NCBI RefSeq assembly: GCF_001194135.2
Contig: NC_068981.1
Location: 179,753,775-179,807,782, forward strand
Reading direction: 5' to 3'
From: Octopus bimaculoides
Lineage: Eukaryota
Length of the DNA: 54,008 nt
Part shown: positions 53,526-54,008 of the stretch, in pieces
How the letters are laid out: the number at the start of each line of letters is the position of its first letter
Position numbering within the stretch: position 1 is the stretch's first letter
Made by a program: the position numbers and the translations under genes
The notes under the pieces: generated by a model
Told to the model about the DNA's origin: nothing
Databases searched by the model: none
What the model saw: the letters and a program-made list of their open reading frames with translations, nothing else

Positions 53526-53592
53526 ATATATATATATATACAAAAACAAAATGAGCGAGAAATACGTATAAACTTAGACATACATATTTGCC

Positions 53593-53870
53593 CTGCCAAA
53601 ACATTTGAGAGATATGCAAGACATGGATGCGGAGGTCTTCAAGACAAAACTTGACGCTTTCCTCTCCACGATACCAGACGAACCAATGGCTCGTAATGAG
53701 ACGCAGTTTAGGGCAGCGATGTCAAATTCTCTTATACACCAGATGTGCCATCAAAACTCTTGATTGGACCATATCAGGTGGGGGAGAAGAGCTATGCAAG
53801 GAACGTGAAGAGAGCACAGCATAAAGACGGAAAATCACGGTGGTGCTGAGACCCATAAATAAATAAAAAA
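53593..53870 (+). mobile_element. CR1/L2-group LINE 3' end
   Basis: LPKHLRDM...[17 protein letters not shown]...RAAMSNSLIHQ, stop at 53761-53763, then an ATAAATAAATAAAAAA tail. Confidence 0.85.
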
Positions 53871-53891
53871 TATATATATATATCTACACAT

Positions 53892-53926
<35 letters not shown>

Positions 53927-54008
53927 AATGTATATACATACATATACATATATATGTATATACATTTATATATACATATATACATATAACTGTGTATACG
54001 TTTATATA

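Overview
Eukaryotic, AT-rich, microsatellite-saturated draft-assembly DNA with 14 N-gaps (about 5.6 kb). The SINE families and microsatellite spectrum point to an octopus genome; this is an inference from remembered repeat consensus, not a database hit. No intact protein-coding gene can be supported. Almost every ORF in the supplied track is translated microsatellite, N-gap or antisense SINE sequence, so the window reads as intergenic or large-intron DNA. It contains more than 30 tRNA-derived SINE copies in 4 families (labelled A-D here), three R4/Dong-like RLE LINE 3' fragments, Tx1/L1-, CR1- and RTE-like LINE fragments, Tc1 and mariner transposase remnants, two mariner MITEs, a piggyBac-type MITE and two candidate solo LTRs. 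The most interesting signal is a set of unrelated minimal type-I hammerhead-ribozyme motifs of the Penelope/retrozyme kind. One has an intact core (23065-23150) and sits in a 355-bp foldback; the others are decayed (20333-20435, 9916-9948, and 22110-22152 on the minus strand). The first three each use a different palindromic helix-III tetraloop. Secondary leads are a CCCH-zinc-finger-like segment (1770-1883, minus), a decayed unknown ORF (24248-24610), two LINEs inserted inside microsatellites, and several unconfirmed exon candidates.
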